Assembly (NCBI GenBank): GCA_030390025.1
Contig: JASTWF010000048.1
Coordinates: 682,001-746,000 of the forward strand
DNA length: 64,000 nucleotides
Direction: 5' to 3'
Source: Squalus acanthias
Taxonomy: Eukaryota
A program made the translations under genes and the position numbers. Positions 12,991 to 26,210 of this stretch are shown here, one piece after another. Position 1 is the stretch's first letter. Every line of letters begins with the position of its first letter. Under the pieces are notes generated by a model. The model was not told the origin of the DNA. It saw nothing but the letters and a program-made list of their open reading frames with translations, and made no database searches.

Positions 12991-15900
12991 CTACAACGCC
13001 TGAACGACTTAACTCTAACTTTAAAGTTATGCCCCTCTGTTCTGAACTCACCGACCAGAGGAAATAATTTATGTCTCTCTGCACTTTAATTTTAACATTA
13101 ATAATACTACATCAGTTCCGCACTGAATCGTCTATACTCAGGGTAATATCGGCCAAGCTTTGCAATCCTTCCCAATAATTTAACCCCCTCAGTCCCGGGT
13201 ATCAGTCTGGTGAAGCTGCGCTGCATTTCCTCCAAATCTAGTATATCCTTCCTGAGTNNNNNNNNNNNNNNNNNNNNNNNNNNNNNNNNNNNNNNNNNNN
13301 NNNNNNNNNNNNNNNNNNNNNNNNNNNNNNNNNNNNNNNNNNNNNNNNNNNNNNNNNNNNNNNNNNNNNNNNNNNNNNNNNNNNNNNNNNNNNNNNNNNN
13401 NNNNNNNNNNNNNNNNNNNNNNNNNNNNNNNNNNNNNNNNNNNNNNNNNNNNNNNNNNNNNNNNNNNNNNNNNNNNNNNNNNNNNNNNNNNNNNNNNNNN
13501 NNNNNNNNNNNNNNNNNNNNNNNNNNNNNNNNNNNNNNNNNNNNNNNNNNNNNNNNNNNNNNNNNNNNNNNNNNNNNNNNNNNNNNNNNNNNNNNNNNNN
13601 NNNNNNNNNNNNNNNNNNNNNNNNNNNNNNNNNNNNNNNNNNNNNNNNNNNNNNNNNNNNNNNNNNNNNNNNNNNNNNNNNNNNNNNNNNNNNNNNNNNN
13701 NNNNNNNNNNNNNNNNNNNNNTATCTCTCTCCCTCTCTCTATCTATCTCTCTATCTCTCTATCTCTATCTCTCTCTCGTTCTCTCTCTCGCTCTCTCTCT
13801 CTGTCTATCTGTCTATCTGTCTATCTTTATCAGTCTATCGATCTACCCATCTATCTNNNNNNNNNNNNNNNNNNNNNNNNNNNNNNNNNNNNNNNNNNNN
13901 NNNNNNNNNNNNNNNNNNNNNNNNNNNNNNNNNNNNNNNNNNNNNNNNNNNNNNNNNNNNNNNNNNNNNNNNNNNNNNNNNNNNNNNNNNNNNNNNNNNN
14001 NNNNNNNNNNNNNNNNNNNNNNNNNNNNNNNNNNNNNNNNNNNNNNNNNNNNNNNNNNNNNNNNNNNNTCTATCTGTTNNNNNNNNNNNNNNNNNNNNNN
14101 NNNNNNNNNNNNNNNNNNNNNNNNNNNNNNNNNNNNNNNNNNNNNNNNNNNNNNNNNNNNNNNNNNNNNNNNNNNNNNNNNNNNNNNNNNNNNNNNNNNN
14201 NNNNNNNNNNNNNNNNNNNNNNNNNNNNNNNNNNNNNNNNNNNNNNNNNNNNNNNNNNNNNNNNNNNNNNNNNNNNNNNNNNNNNNCATCTGCCTATATT
14301 TGGATGTTTACAATTTTTTATTAATGAATTGTAAAATGCTATTTCGATGTATCCAAGGTCCATTTTTTGACAAATTATCAACATTTTAATCAGCAGATTA
14401 TGCGGTGCGTAAATGGGTTAATGTCAGTTGGGAAAAAGTGAATGGTGGAGTATGTGCAGGGTATTCCCATACCTTCCGATATGCCAGTTCATTATTCCTG
14501 TTATTTCCGCTATTGCAATAGGAACGAGAGAGGAGCTCCTTATCACAGCATCATGGAATGATACTTCACAGAAGCAGACCATTCGACCCATAGCGCTTGT
14601 GCCGGTTCTGTGAAAAAGCTATCAAATTAGTCCCATTCCCGTGCCCTATCCCCGAAAGATCTGCACAATTTCCCCCAGTAAATAATTATCCAATTCCCTT
14701 TTGAAAGTTACTATTTAATCTGCTTCCACCAACCTTTCAAGATGTGCAGTTGAGATCTTAACAAAGCGCTGTGTAAAGAAATTCTTCGCATGTCGCCTCT
14801 GGCTCTTTTACCAATTACCTTATATCTGTATTGACTGGTTATCGACCCTCCTGCCAGTGGAAACAATTTCTCATTATTTACTGGATCAAAACCCTTTGTT
14901 ATCTTTAACAAGGTGTAGGATAGCATAGCTATGTTACTGAACGAGTAATGCCGTATGTCTGGACCAATGATGCAGAAACATGTATTCAAATTTTTCCACG
15001 TCAGCTGAGGAAATTAAATTCAGTTAATTGAATAAATCTCGAATTGAAAAGCTACTGTCAGTAATAATGACAATAAAACTGTCGTAAAAATGTCGTAAAA
15101 ACCCATCTGGGTTATTTAACTGCCATTGTGCTTCATGAAACCGGCTCACCACCACCTTTCTCAAGGGCAATTAGGGATCGGCAATAAATGCCAGCGGCGC
15201 CCACTTCCCATGAATAAAAGAACTGTCTCTATCACATCTCCCATTAACATTCTCTGCGTAAAGGACAACACTCTCAGCTTCCCTAGTCTCTCTTAACTGA
15301 CGTCCCTCATCCCTCGTATCACTCTGATCAATCTCTTTAACTTCACTAAGGCGAACAGCCACATACACATAGCAAATAATTCAGCTTAGAATCCTTAAAC
15401 GTGTCACGAATGTTTCACACTGTGCAAAGGCGAGATGCCTCTCCGGGACACCTGTCTCCTGACGGCTTTTTGAGAATCTGTTGAAAACCTTTTACCCACT
15501 TCTCTGTCAGGCTCTCGGCGCCTTCTTCTAAGTTTCTTCAAAGAAACTATAAGTTCAGCCCAGCGAAGAATTTAACCCTTTAATTCTCGATGATCACATG
15601 GGAACTGAAAGCTGCACTGCCTGAAACAAGAGAGAACTTTGACTCAACAATGATCCGTGTTTTATAGAATCATAGAATCCTACAGCACAGAGGGAGGTCA
15701 CTCGGCCAGTCCAGTCCATGCCGGCTCTTTGAAAGAGCGATCCTATTAGTCCCGCACGAGTCTTCCCCCACCCTCCTTCATTTCACCCTGTCAACATATC
15801 CTTGTATTTCTTTCTCCCTCATGAGCTTATCTCGATTCCCCGTAAATCATCTAATTTATTTCCCTCAATCAGGTCTTGTGGTCGCGAGTTCCACATTCTC

Positions 15901-16247
15901 ACCACTCTCTGGGTAAAGCGATTTCTCCTGAACCGCTTTTGCATTTATTAGTGTCTATCTTATACTTATGGTCCCTAGTTTTGGCCTCTCTTATCCAATT
16001 ATTCCCGCACCCCTGCTCCGTCCCCACAGACCTGTTTTTTTCCTCTTCAAGTTTATGTCCAATTCCCTTGTGAAAGTTACTAATGAATCTGCTTCCAGCA
16101 CCCTGTCGGGATGTGCATTCCCGATCAGAACATCTTGCTGCATAAAAAAACTGTATCCTCATCTACCAGTTGGATTTTTTGCCGATTACCTTAAATCTGT
16201 GCCCTCTGGTCCCGGACACTGCCCGCAGAGGAATCAATTCATCCTTG

Positions 16248-18950
16248 CCATTTAGTAAGGATAGTCAGAAAGGAAAAGGAGGTGTTGTAGCTCTGTTAAT
16301 AAGGGATGAGATCAGTGCAGAAATGAGAAATGATATTGGCCCAGAAGATCAAGACATAGAATCAGTTTGGTTGGAGATAAGAAATAATAAGGGTAAGAAG
16401 TAACGTGTGGGAGTGGTCTGCAGGCCCGCAAACAGTAGACACACTATAGGACAGCGAATAATTCCAGAAATAATAGTGGCTTGTAAGAAAGGTACGGCTA
16501 TAATCATGGGAAATTTTTATCTCCCTATTGATTGGACAAAGCAAATTTTCATGGGTAGAATTGAGGAAGAGTTTTTAGAGTGTATACGGGATGGTTTCTT
16601 GGAACAATATGTTGTGGAACCAACCAGGGAGAAGACTATTTTAGATTTGGTATTGTGTAACGAGGCTGGATTAATGAATGATCTCGAAGTGAAGGATCCT
16701 CTTGGGAAGAGTGATCATAGCATGTTGAATTTCAAATCCAGTTTGAGGGTGAGAATGCTAGGTCTCAAACTACTGTCCTGAACTTAATCGAAGGTAATTA
16801 CAAAGGTATGAAGGCAGACTTGGGTAAAGTGGACTGGAAAAATATATTACAGTGTAAGGTTGTCGAAAAGTAGTGGCAAACATTTAAGGAGATATTTCAG
16901 ATCTCTCAGCAAAGATATATTCCAGTGAGAAAGATAGATTGTAAGAGAAGGATGAACCATCCGTGGCTAACTAAAGAAGTAAAGGATGGTATCAAATTGA
17001 AAACAAAAGCATACAATGTTGCAAGGAATCGTGAAAGGCCAGAGGATTGGGAATTTTTTAAAAAGCAGCAAAGTACGAATACAAATATGATAAAGAGAGA
17101 GAAGATAGCTTATCAGAGTAAGCTAGCAAGAAATATAAAAACATACAGTAAGAGCTTCTACAGGTATATAAAAAGGAAGAGAGCAGCTAAGGTAAACGTT
17201 GGTCCCATGGAGGTTGAGTCTGAGGAATTACTAATGGAAAACAGGAAAATGGAGAAGAACTTGAACAACTATTTTGTATCGGTCTTCACAGTAGAAGACA
17301 CTAAAAGCATTCCAATAATGGATAATCAAGGGACTATTGAGGTTGGGGGGGGAACTTAAATCAATCACTATCACAAGAGAGAAAGTACTTGGCAAACTAA
17401 TGGGAAAAAAGGTGGGCAAGTCCACTAGACCCGGTGGCGTGCATCGTAGATTCTTAAAAGAGGTGGCTGAAGAGATAGTGGATGCACTGGTTGCAATCTC
17501 CAACAATTCCCTGGATTCGGGAGAGGTCCCATCGGACTGGAAAACCGCAAATGTAAAGCCCCTTTTTAAGAAGGGAAGGAGACAGAAAGCAGGCAACTAT
17601 CGACCAGTTAGCCTAACATCTGTCTTTGGGAAAATGCTGGAGTCCATCATTAAGGACGTGGTGGCAGGACATTTAGAAAATCATAATATAGTCAAGCAGA
17701 GTCAGCATAAAGGGAAATCATGTTTGACAAATTTGCTGGAGTCCTTTGAGGATGTAACGAACAGGTTGATAAAGGGGAACCAGTAGATGTGGTGTATTTG
17801 GATTTCCAGAAGACATTCGATAAGCTGCCACTTAAAAGGTTAGTGCACAAGATAAGAGCTCACGGGGTTGGGGGTAATATACTCGCATGGATAGAGGATT
17901 AGCTAACTAACAGAAAACAGAGAGTCGGGATAAATGGGTAATTTCCAGGTTGGCAAACTGTAACTAGTGGGGTGCCGCAGGGATCAGTGCTGGGGCCTCA
18001 GATATTTACAATCTATTTTAATGAATTAGATGAAGGGACTGAGTGTAATGTAACCCAATTTGCTGCTGATAAAAAGGTAGGTGGGAAAGCAAATGGTGTG
18101 GAGGACGCAAAGAATCTCCAAAGGGATATAGACAGGCTAAGTGATTGGGCAAAAATCTGGCAGATGGAGTTTAATGTGGGAAATGCGAGGTTATCCACTT
18201 TGGTAGGAAAAAAAAACAAGTTGTTATTTAAATAGGGAGAGATTACAAAATGCTGAGGTACAGATTGATCTGGGGGTTCTTGCATATGAATCATAAAAAG
18301 TTAGCTTCAAGGTACAGCAAGTTATTAGGAAGGCAACTGGAATGTTGGCCTTTATTGCAAAGGGAATGGAGTATAAAAGTAGGGAAGTCCTGCTACAACT
18401 GTACAGGGTATTGATGAGACCACACCTGGAGTACTGCGTACAGTCTTGGTCTCCTTATTTAAGGAAGGATATACTTGCATTGGCGGCAGTTCAGAGAAGG
18501 TTCACAAGGTTGATTCCGGAGATGAAGGGGTGATCTTATGAATAAAGATTGAGCAGGGGATCTTATTGAAAAATATAAGATTCTGAAGGGGCTTGACAGG
18601 GTAGATGCAGAGAGGATATTTCGCCTCGTGGGGGAATCTAGAACTAGGGGGCGCAGTTTCAGAATAAGGGGGCATCCTTTTAAATCAGAAATTAGGAGGA
18701 ATTTCTTCTCTCAGAGGATCGTAAATCTTTGGAATTCTCTTCCCCAGAGAGCTGTGTAGGCTGGGTCATTGATTACATTTAAGGTGGAGATAGACAGATT
18801 TTAGAACGATAAGGGAATCAAGGGTTATGGGGAGCGGGCATGGAAGTGGAGTTGAGGCCAAATTCAGATCAGCCATGATCTCATTGAATGGCGGAGCAGG
18901 CTCGAGGGGCCAAATGACCTACTCCTTCTCTATCGTTTTATGTTCTTATG
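16248..18950 (+). mobile_element. CR1 LINE, decayed, inserted in duplicated cassette
   Basis: EN/RT motifs LDLVLCNE, GKSDH, NYRPVSLTS, PQGSVLGP, RPHLEYC; flanks rejoin the cassette seen intact at ~22850. Confidence 0.9.
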
Positions 18951-19896
18951 TTGTCTAATCTATCAAAACCCCTCTGAAATTTGAACACCTCTATTAACAC
19001 TCCCCTTATCGTCTGTGTTGTATCATTCTATGAAATTGCTAAACTAGCTCCGTTTCAAGCTTCTCACCGTATAGAAATGCTATGATATTTCCTTGTTCGG
19101 TCCCAAGTGGATGAAACACATGCCCAAAATGAATCCATTTGTCACTGTTTTGTTCACTCACTTAATCTGCCAATGTCCACTTTGCAACACCCGGTTCCCA
19201 AATGCTCTACTCACTGATGATTGGGACTTACAACCAGGGAGAAAGAGTCAGGGTTGCGAATCAGAGAGCAATGATAGCAGGACTGTCATTAAGAGAAGGG
19301 AGAGGCGGAGCTGTTAAGCAGACAGCGGAAGGCCGGCTCTGTCAATCAGAGAGGGCGCGGCAGGGCTCGCAATCAGACAGTGAGTGGTGGCGCTGTCAAT
19401 CAGAGGGGGTGACGAGGAGTCAGAGAGTGATGGGGCGGCGCTGTCAATTAGAGAAGGTGCTGTAAATCAGAGAGGGGAGTGGTTGTTTCTTTTCCGCCGG
19501 CGTTTTTGCTCCACACGAGCTTCCTCCCGTATTTCCTCATCTAAATCTATCAGCATAACCCTCTATTCCGTTTTCCCTCATATGCTTGTCTTGCCTCCCC
19601 TTAATTGCATCCAATCTATTCACTTCAATCAATTCCTGTGGAATAAGAGAGGGTAGGGGCGGTGCTGTCATTCGGAGAGGCCGGGGCTGGGCTGTCAATC
19701 AGAGAGGGCGGGGCAGGGCTGTCAATCAGACAGTGAGAGGCGGTGCAATGTATATTCATTGTTTTCTTATGAATGATAGAGATCGGTGCCCTTTACGCGC
19801 TCCAGTCTGGCCTTGCAAACAACAGTCGCATAGCACCCGTCGCTCAGCAGCTTCTTGGCCGTAGGAGTTCCGCTCTCAGACATTCTCTCCAGGACC

Positions 19897-19945
19897 ATGC
19901 GGACTTGCCTCCTGTCCTGCACGTTGCCGCTATTCCTATTGGCGG
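19897..19945 (+). CDS. TRBV: V leader exon (for V at 20892)
   Basis: MRTCLLSCTLPLFLLA g|gtaaga. Confidence 0.85.
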
Positions 19946-20891
19946 GTAAGAAACGCGAGAGGCCGGTGCCCTGTAGGAGGCCGTTGGGACTGGTGCAAGA
20001 ATGTATTAAAATCCTTGCAATCAAATGTTCAATAATTAGAGAAAGAAAGAAAGAAAGTTTGGGAGTGAACAGGGTTGTTAGAACAAGTAGACTGTATCTG
20101 ATCAGTGACAAATAAAGAAGACAAGTTGTGTTAAATACAGTCGGGATGGACATATAGAGAACAGGGTTATTCATGTATTGTTTAAACCAGTGAGAGATTT
20201 TTCCCACGTCAATCCCTGAAAATGATCCCTTTTACAAGGAGAGCTCCGCTATAACAACAGGCTCCCAAATAACTACAAGCGCCTGCGGGTTTAGAATATT
20301 GTTTTGGTTTTGTCAAATCAATTAAAGCAGGATGTCCGGCAGTAGAGCAGATAGAATGTGTCCGTGGATGAACATAGAGACAGGAGGAGGCCATTCAGGC
20401 CCTCGAGCCATTCAATTAGATCACGGCTGGACATTATTCAAATCACGTTACCCGCCTTGGTTCTGTAACCTTTAATAACCTTACCGAACAAAAATCTTTC
20501 AAGCCCTGTTTTGAAATTTTCAGTTGATCCCCAGCCTCAACAGCTTTTTGGAGAGAGAGTTCCAGATTTCCACGATCCTTTGTGTGAAGAAGTGCTTCAT
20601 CGCATCACCCCTAACCGGCCTAGCTCTATCTTTAAGGTTTATCTCCCCTTGTTCTGGTCTCCCCCCACCAGAGGAAATTATTTCTCTCCATCTGCTTTAT
20701 CCACTTCTTTAATCAGTTCAATTAGAAATAGGTGAAAAATACAGTAAATACATCGATTTAAATCAAAAGTAAGCGAGTGAGAGACAGAGGAATAGCATTC
20801 ACGGAACAGCTGATAATTACACAGGCTGCTGTGTCTTATTTCTGGGGAAATAACTGTCTCTCTTTGCTGTTCATTCCTGTTTTGCTTCGAG

Positions 20892-21191
20892 GTGTTGGCG
20901 AGTCTCAGAAGATATTGCAGTCCCGGGAGTATGTGTCGGCGAGAGAGGGCGAGTCTGTGACTATCCCGTGTACCCAACGCGGCACTGATTCTTACATGTA
21001 CTGGTACCGTCTGCTCCCGGGCCTGGGACTCCAGCACATCCTGCAGGCGTTCGAGGGAGATGACCCGAGCAGGTCGGACGGGATCACGGAGGGATTTTGG
21101 GCCAAGAAAAGTGCAGATCACTCCTTCGATCTGAAGATATCGATGGTGCGACCGAACGACACTGCGCGGTATTTCTGCGCCTGCAGTGATG
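20892..21191 (+). CDS. TRBV: TCR beta-like V segment, V exon (intact)
   Basis: GVGESQKILQS..VTIPCTQRG..MYWYRLLPGLGL..FDLKIS..DTARYFCACSDA; acceptor is a weaker gAG. Confidence 0.92.
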
Positions 21192-21230
21192 CACAGAGAC
21201 ACACTCAGACTGAACCGTGCTACAAAAACC
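21192..21230 (+). other. 23-RSS
   Basis: CACAGAG, 23 bp, ACAAAAACC. Confidence 0.9.
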
Positions 21231-23597
21231 CACCCTGTCTCAGACACTAAACCCCCAACTAGTNNNNNNNNNNNNNNNNNNNNNNNNNNNNNNNNNNNNN
21301 NNNNNNNNNNNNNNNNNNNNNNNNNNNNNNNNNNNNNNNNNNNNNNNNNNNNNNNNNNNNNNNNNNNNNNNNNNNNNNNNNNNNNNNNNNNNNNNNNNNN
21401 NNNNNNNNNNNNNNNNNNNNNNNNNNNNNNNNNNATGCATACATCGTTGTACAGCTCGCTCTCCGTCTCTCCGTCTCTCCGTCTGTCTTTTCTATCTCTC
21501 AGTCGCTGTCTTTTCTATCTCTCAGTCGCTCTCTTTCCTTGTCACTCTCTAAACCTGCCTTGGTTTCGCCTTTGCGTCCCCTCTTTCCCTACCTTTCTGC
21601 CTCTCTTCCGTCTCTCACCCTCTCGCCCTCGCTCTCTCTAACACCGTCTCCAGCTCTTCCCTCGCTCTCTCGCTCTATTCCTCTTCTTCTCTCTCCCTCG
21701 CCCCCTCTCTGCATTCGCGCTACTTCTCTCTCCCTCGCTCCCTCTCTCTATCCCTCGTCTTCTCTTTCCCTCGCATCCAATCCCTCCCGCTATCCACCCC
21801 TCAGTCTCCCGCTATCAGGTAAGCAGATGTAAAATGCGAAAATGTCCCATTAACAATCTGTGCTTTAAGGGCAACAATCCCAACTCTGGTCTCTCATAAT
21901 TGACGTCCCTCATTTCTGGTGCAATTCTGGTAAACATCTTCTTAATCTTCACTAAGGCGATCAACCTCATACAGTTAGGATATCGTTAATCTTAGAACCC
22001 TTAAACGTGTCATGAATGATTCATATTGTGCAAAGGCGAGATGCCTCCCCAGATATGTTTTTCACTGAAACACCTGCTTCCTGATGGAAAACTCAGTTGA
22101 AAACCGTAGACTCTATCAGACTCTAGGCGCCTTTTGACGTTTATTTTCAAAGAAACTAGAAGTTCAGACCAGCGAAGAATTTAACCCTTTAATACTCGTT
22201 GGGCACATGGGAACTGAAAGATGCACTGCCTGAAACAAGAGAGCACTTTGACCCAACAACAGGCCGTGTTTTATGGAGCAATAGAATCGTCAAACAAAGA
22301 AGGAGGCCACTCGGTCAGTCCAATCCGTGCCCGCTCTTTGAAAGAGCGATCCAATTAGTCCCACACGAGTCTCGTTCCCATCATTCTGCATCTCACCCAG
22401 TCACCATATCCTTCTATTCCTTTTCCCTCATGTGTTTATGGACCTTCCCCTTGAATGCATCGAATGTTATTTCCCTCATCCACGCCTTGTGGTAGCGAGT
22501 TCCACATTCTCACCACTCTCTGGGTAAAGACATTTCTCCTGAATTTCCTGTTGGACTTATTAGTGTATATCTTATACTTATTGCCCCAGGTTTTGGCCTC
22601 TCATATCTAATTATTCCCACAAGCCTGCTCATTCCCCACATCCCTGTTTTTAACCTCTTCAAGTTTATGTCCAATTCCCTTGTGAAAGTTACCAATTAAT
22701 CTGTCTCCAGCACCCTTTCAGGAAGTGCATTCCCGATCAGAATATCTTGCTGCATAAAAAACTGTCTCCTCATCTACCAGTTGGATGTTTTGCCAATTAC
22801 CTTAAACCTGTGCCCTCTGGTCACCGACCCTGCCCGCAGTGGAATCAACATCTCCTAGTCTGCTCTATCAAAACCCCTCTGAAATTTGAACACCTCTACT
22901 AACTCTCCCCTTTCGTCTGCGTTGTATCATTCTATGAAATTGCTAAAACACCTCCGTTTCAAGCTTCTCTCCGTGTAGAAATAATCTGATTTATCCTTAT
23001 TCGATCTCAGGTGGATGACGACACACTTTCTCACTGTGAATCCATCTGTCACTGTTTTGCTCACTCAATTAATCTCTCTCTGTTACCTTTGCAACTATCT
23101 GTTCGCATCTACTCTACTCACTGTCAATCAGAGAGGGATGGGTGGGTCTGTCAACCAGGGAGAGAGAATCTGGGCTGCGAATCAGAGAGCGCGTTGCCGG
23201 GCTGTCAATCAGAGAGTGAGGGTGGAGCTTACAATCAGATATGGCGGGGTGGAACTGTCAATCAGAGAGGGGTCGGACGGAGCTCTCAATCAGATAGGTC
23301 GGAGTGGAGCTGTCAATCAGATAGGGGCGGGACGTACCTTTCAATCAGAGACGGCGCGGCAAGGCTACCAATCAGCGATACGGTGCGGAGCTGTCAATCA
23401 GAAAGGGCGCTGCAGGGCTCGGAATCAGAGAGTGAGGAGTGGCAGTGTCAATCAGAGGGGGTGAGCAGTTGTCAGAGATTTCTACTTATTGAAGTAGTAA
23501 TCCAGAGTTCTGGACGAATGATGCAGAGACATGAATTCAAATCCCATCACGGCAGCTGGGGAATTTAATTCCAGTTAATTAAATAAATCTAGAATTA

Positions 23598-26210
23598 ACA
23601 TAGAAGATAGGAGCAGGAGCAGCCCATCCGGCCCCTCGATCCTGCTCCGCCATTCAATGCGATCATGGCTGATCATCGAATTTCAGTACCCTGTCCGAGC
23701 TTTCTCCCCATATCCCTTGATCCCCTTAGCCGTAAGAAATATATCTCACACCTTCTTGAATATATTTAATGAATTGGATTCAATTGTTTTCTGTGGTAGA
23801 CAATTCCACAGGTTCACCACTCTCTGGGTGAAGAAATCCCTCCTCATCTCAGTCCTAAATGGCTAACCCCTTATCCTTATACTGTGACCCCTGATTCTAG
23901 ACTCCCCCGCCATCGGGAACATCCTTCCTGCATCTAGTCTGTCTAGTCCTGTTAGAATTTTATAAGTTTCAATGAGATCCCCTCTCATTCTTCTAAACTC
24001 TAGCGAATACAAGTCAAATCGAACCAATCTCTCTTCATACTTTATTCCTGCCATCCCAGGTATCAGTCTGGTCAATTTTCGCTGCACTTCCTCCATGGCA
24101 AGAACATCCTTCCTCAGATAAGGCGACCAAAACTGCACACAATACTCAAGGTGTGGTCTCACCAAGGCCCTTGTACAACTGCAGCAAGACCTCGTTGCTC
24201 CTGTACTCGAATCCTCTCGCTATGAAGGCCAACATAACATTTTGCCTTCTTAACCGCCTGCTCCACCTGCATGCTTACCTTCAGCGACTGGTGCACAACG
24301 ACACCCAGGTCTCGTTGCACTTCCCCTTTTCCCAATCCATTGCCGTTCAGATAACAATCTGCCTTCCTGTTTTTGCCACCAAAGTGGATAACCTCGCATT
24401 TATTCACATTATACTGCATCTGCCATGCATCTGCCCAATCACCCAACCTGTCCAACTCATACTGGAGTTTTTCTGCATCCACCTCACAGTACACACGCCC
24501 ACCCAGCTTTGTGTCGTCTGCAAATTTGCAGATGTTACATCAATTTCACTCGTCTAGATCATTAGTATATAATGTGAATATCTGGGGTCCTAGCACCGAT
24601 CCCTGCGGTACCCCACTAGTCACTGCCTGCCACTCTGAAAATGACCGGTTTATTCCAACTCTTTGCTTCCTGTCTGCCAACCAGTATGCTATCCAAGTCA
24701 GTACCTTACCCCTAATCCCATGTGCTTTAACTTTGCACGCTAATCTCTTATGCGGGACTTTATCGAAATCCTTTTGAAAGTCCAAATGCACCACATCCAC
24801 TGGTTCTCCCTTATCTATTCGACCAGTTACATCCTCAAAAAATTCCAGTCGATTAGTCAATCATGACTTACCTTTTGTAAATCCATGTTGACTTTGTCCA
24901 ATCCTGTCACTGTTTTCCAAGTGCTCTGCTATTACATCTTTTATAATGAACACTAGCATTTTCCCCACTACCGATGTCATGCTTACCGGTCTATAATTCC
25001 CAGTTTTCTCTCTACCACCTTTTTTAAATAGTGGGCTTACATTAGCTACCCTCCAATCCATGCGAACTGTTCCAGAGTCTATAGAATTTCGGAAGATGAC
25101 CAGCAATTCATCTACTACTTCTAGGGCCACTTCCTTAAATACCGTAGGATGTAGATTATCAGGCCCTGGGGATTTATCGGCCTCCAATCCCGTCAATTTC
25201 CCTAACACCATTTCCCTACAAAAAGTGATTTCATTCAGTTCCTCCCTCTCGTTTTAACCTATGTCCCCGACATCTCTGGGAGGTTATTTGTGTCTTCCTT
25301 TGTGAAGACAGAACCAAAGTTTGTATTTAATTGGTCAGCCATTTCTTTGTTCCACATTATAAATTCCCCTGATTCTGACTGCAAGGGACCTACGCTTGAC
25401 TTCACCAATCCTTTTCTCTTCCCATATCTACAGAAGATTTTACAGTCAGTTTTTATGTTCCCTGAAAGCTTACTTTCATACTCTGATTTCCCCCTGTTCA
25501 TTAATTCCTTTGTGCTCCTTTGTTGAATCCTAAACTGCTCCAATCCTCAGGTTTTTTGCTTTTTCCGACCAATTTATATGTCCTCTCCTTGGATCTTATG
25601 CTATACCTAATTGCCCTTGTTAGCCACGGTTGAGTCACATTTTTTGTGTTATTTTTATGCCAAACAGGGATGAACAAATTCTGAAGTTCATCCATGCGAT
25701 CTTTAAACGTTTGCCATTGCTTATCCACCGTCAACCCTTTAAGTAACGTTCCCCAATCCATCCTAGCCAACTCGCGCCTCATACAATCGTAGTTTCCTTT
25801 ATTGAACTCAGGACCCTAGTCTCTGAGTCAACTACTTCACTCTCCATCTTAATGAAGAATTATATCATATTATTATCGCTCCTCCCCTAGGAGCCTCGCA
25901 CAACAAGATTGCTAATTAATCCTTTCTCATTACATAATACCCAGTCTAAGATGGCCTTATCACTAGTTGTTTCCTTGACATATTTGTCCAGGAAACAAAT
26001 CCCGTATACACTCACGGAATTCCTCCTCCACAGTATTGGTACTAATGTTGATTAAAATCACCCATGATAACTGCTGTGCCGTTATTGCACGCGTCTCTAA
26101 TTTCCTATTTAATGCCATCCCCAACCTCTGCATTACTGTTTGGGGGTGTGGATAAGACTCCCACTAACGTTTTCTGCCACTTGGTATTTCTCAGCTCTAC
26201 CCATACAGAT
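23598..26210 (-). mobile_element. CR1 LINE, decayed
   Basis: Minus-strand fragments KSPGPD, NYRPVSMTS, LDFQKDFDKV, GVPQGSVLGP, VRPHLEYCVQFWSP. Confidence 0.9.

Noticed and set aside
13210-14334. 374-aa ORF and other ORFs containing X runs
   Set aside because: They run through N-gaps and microsatellite.
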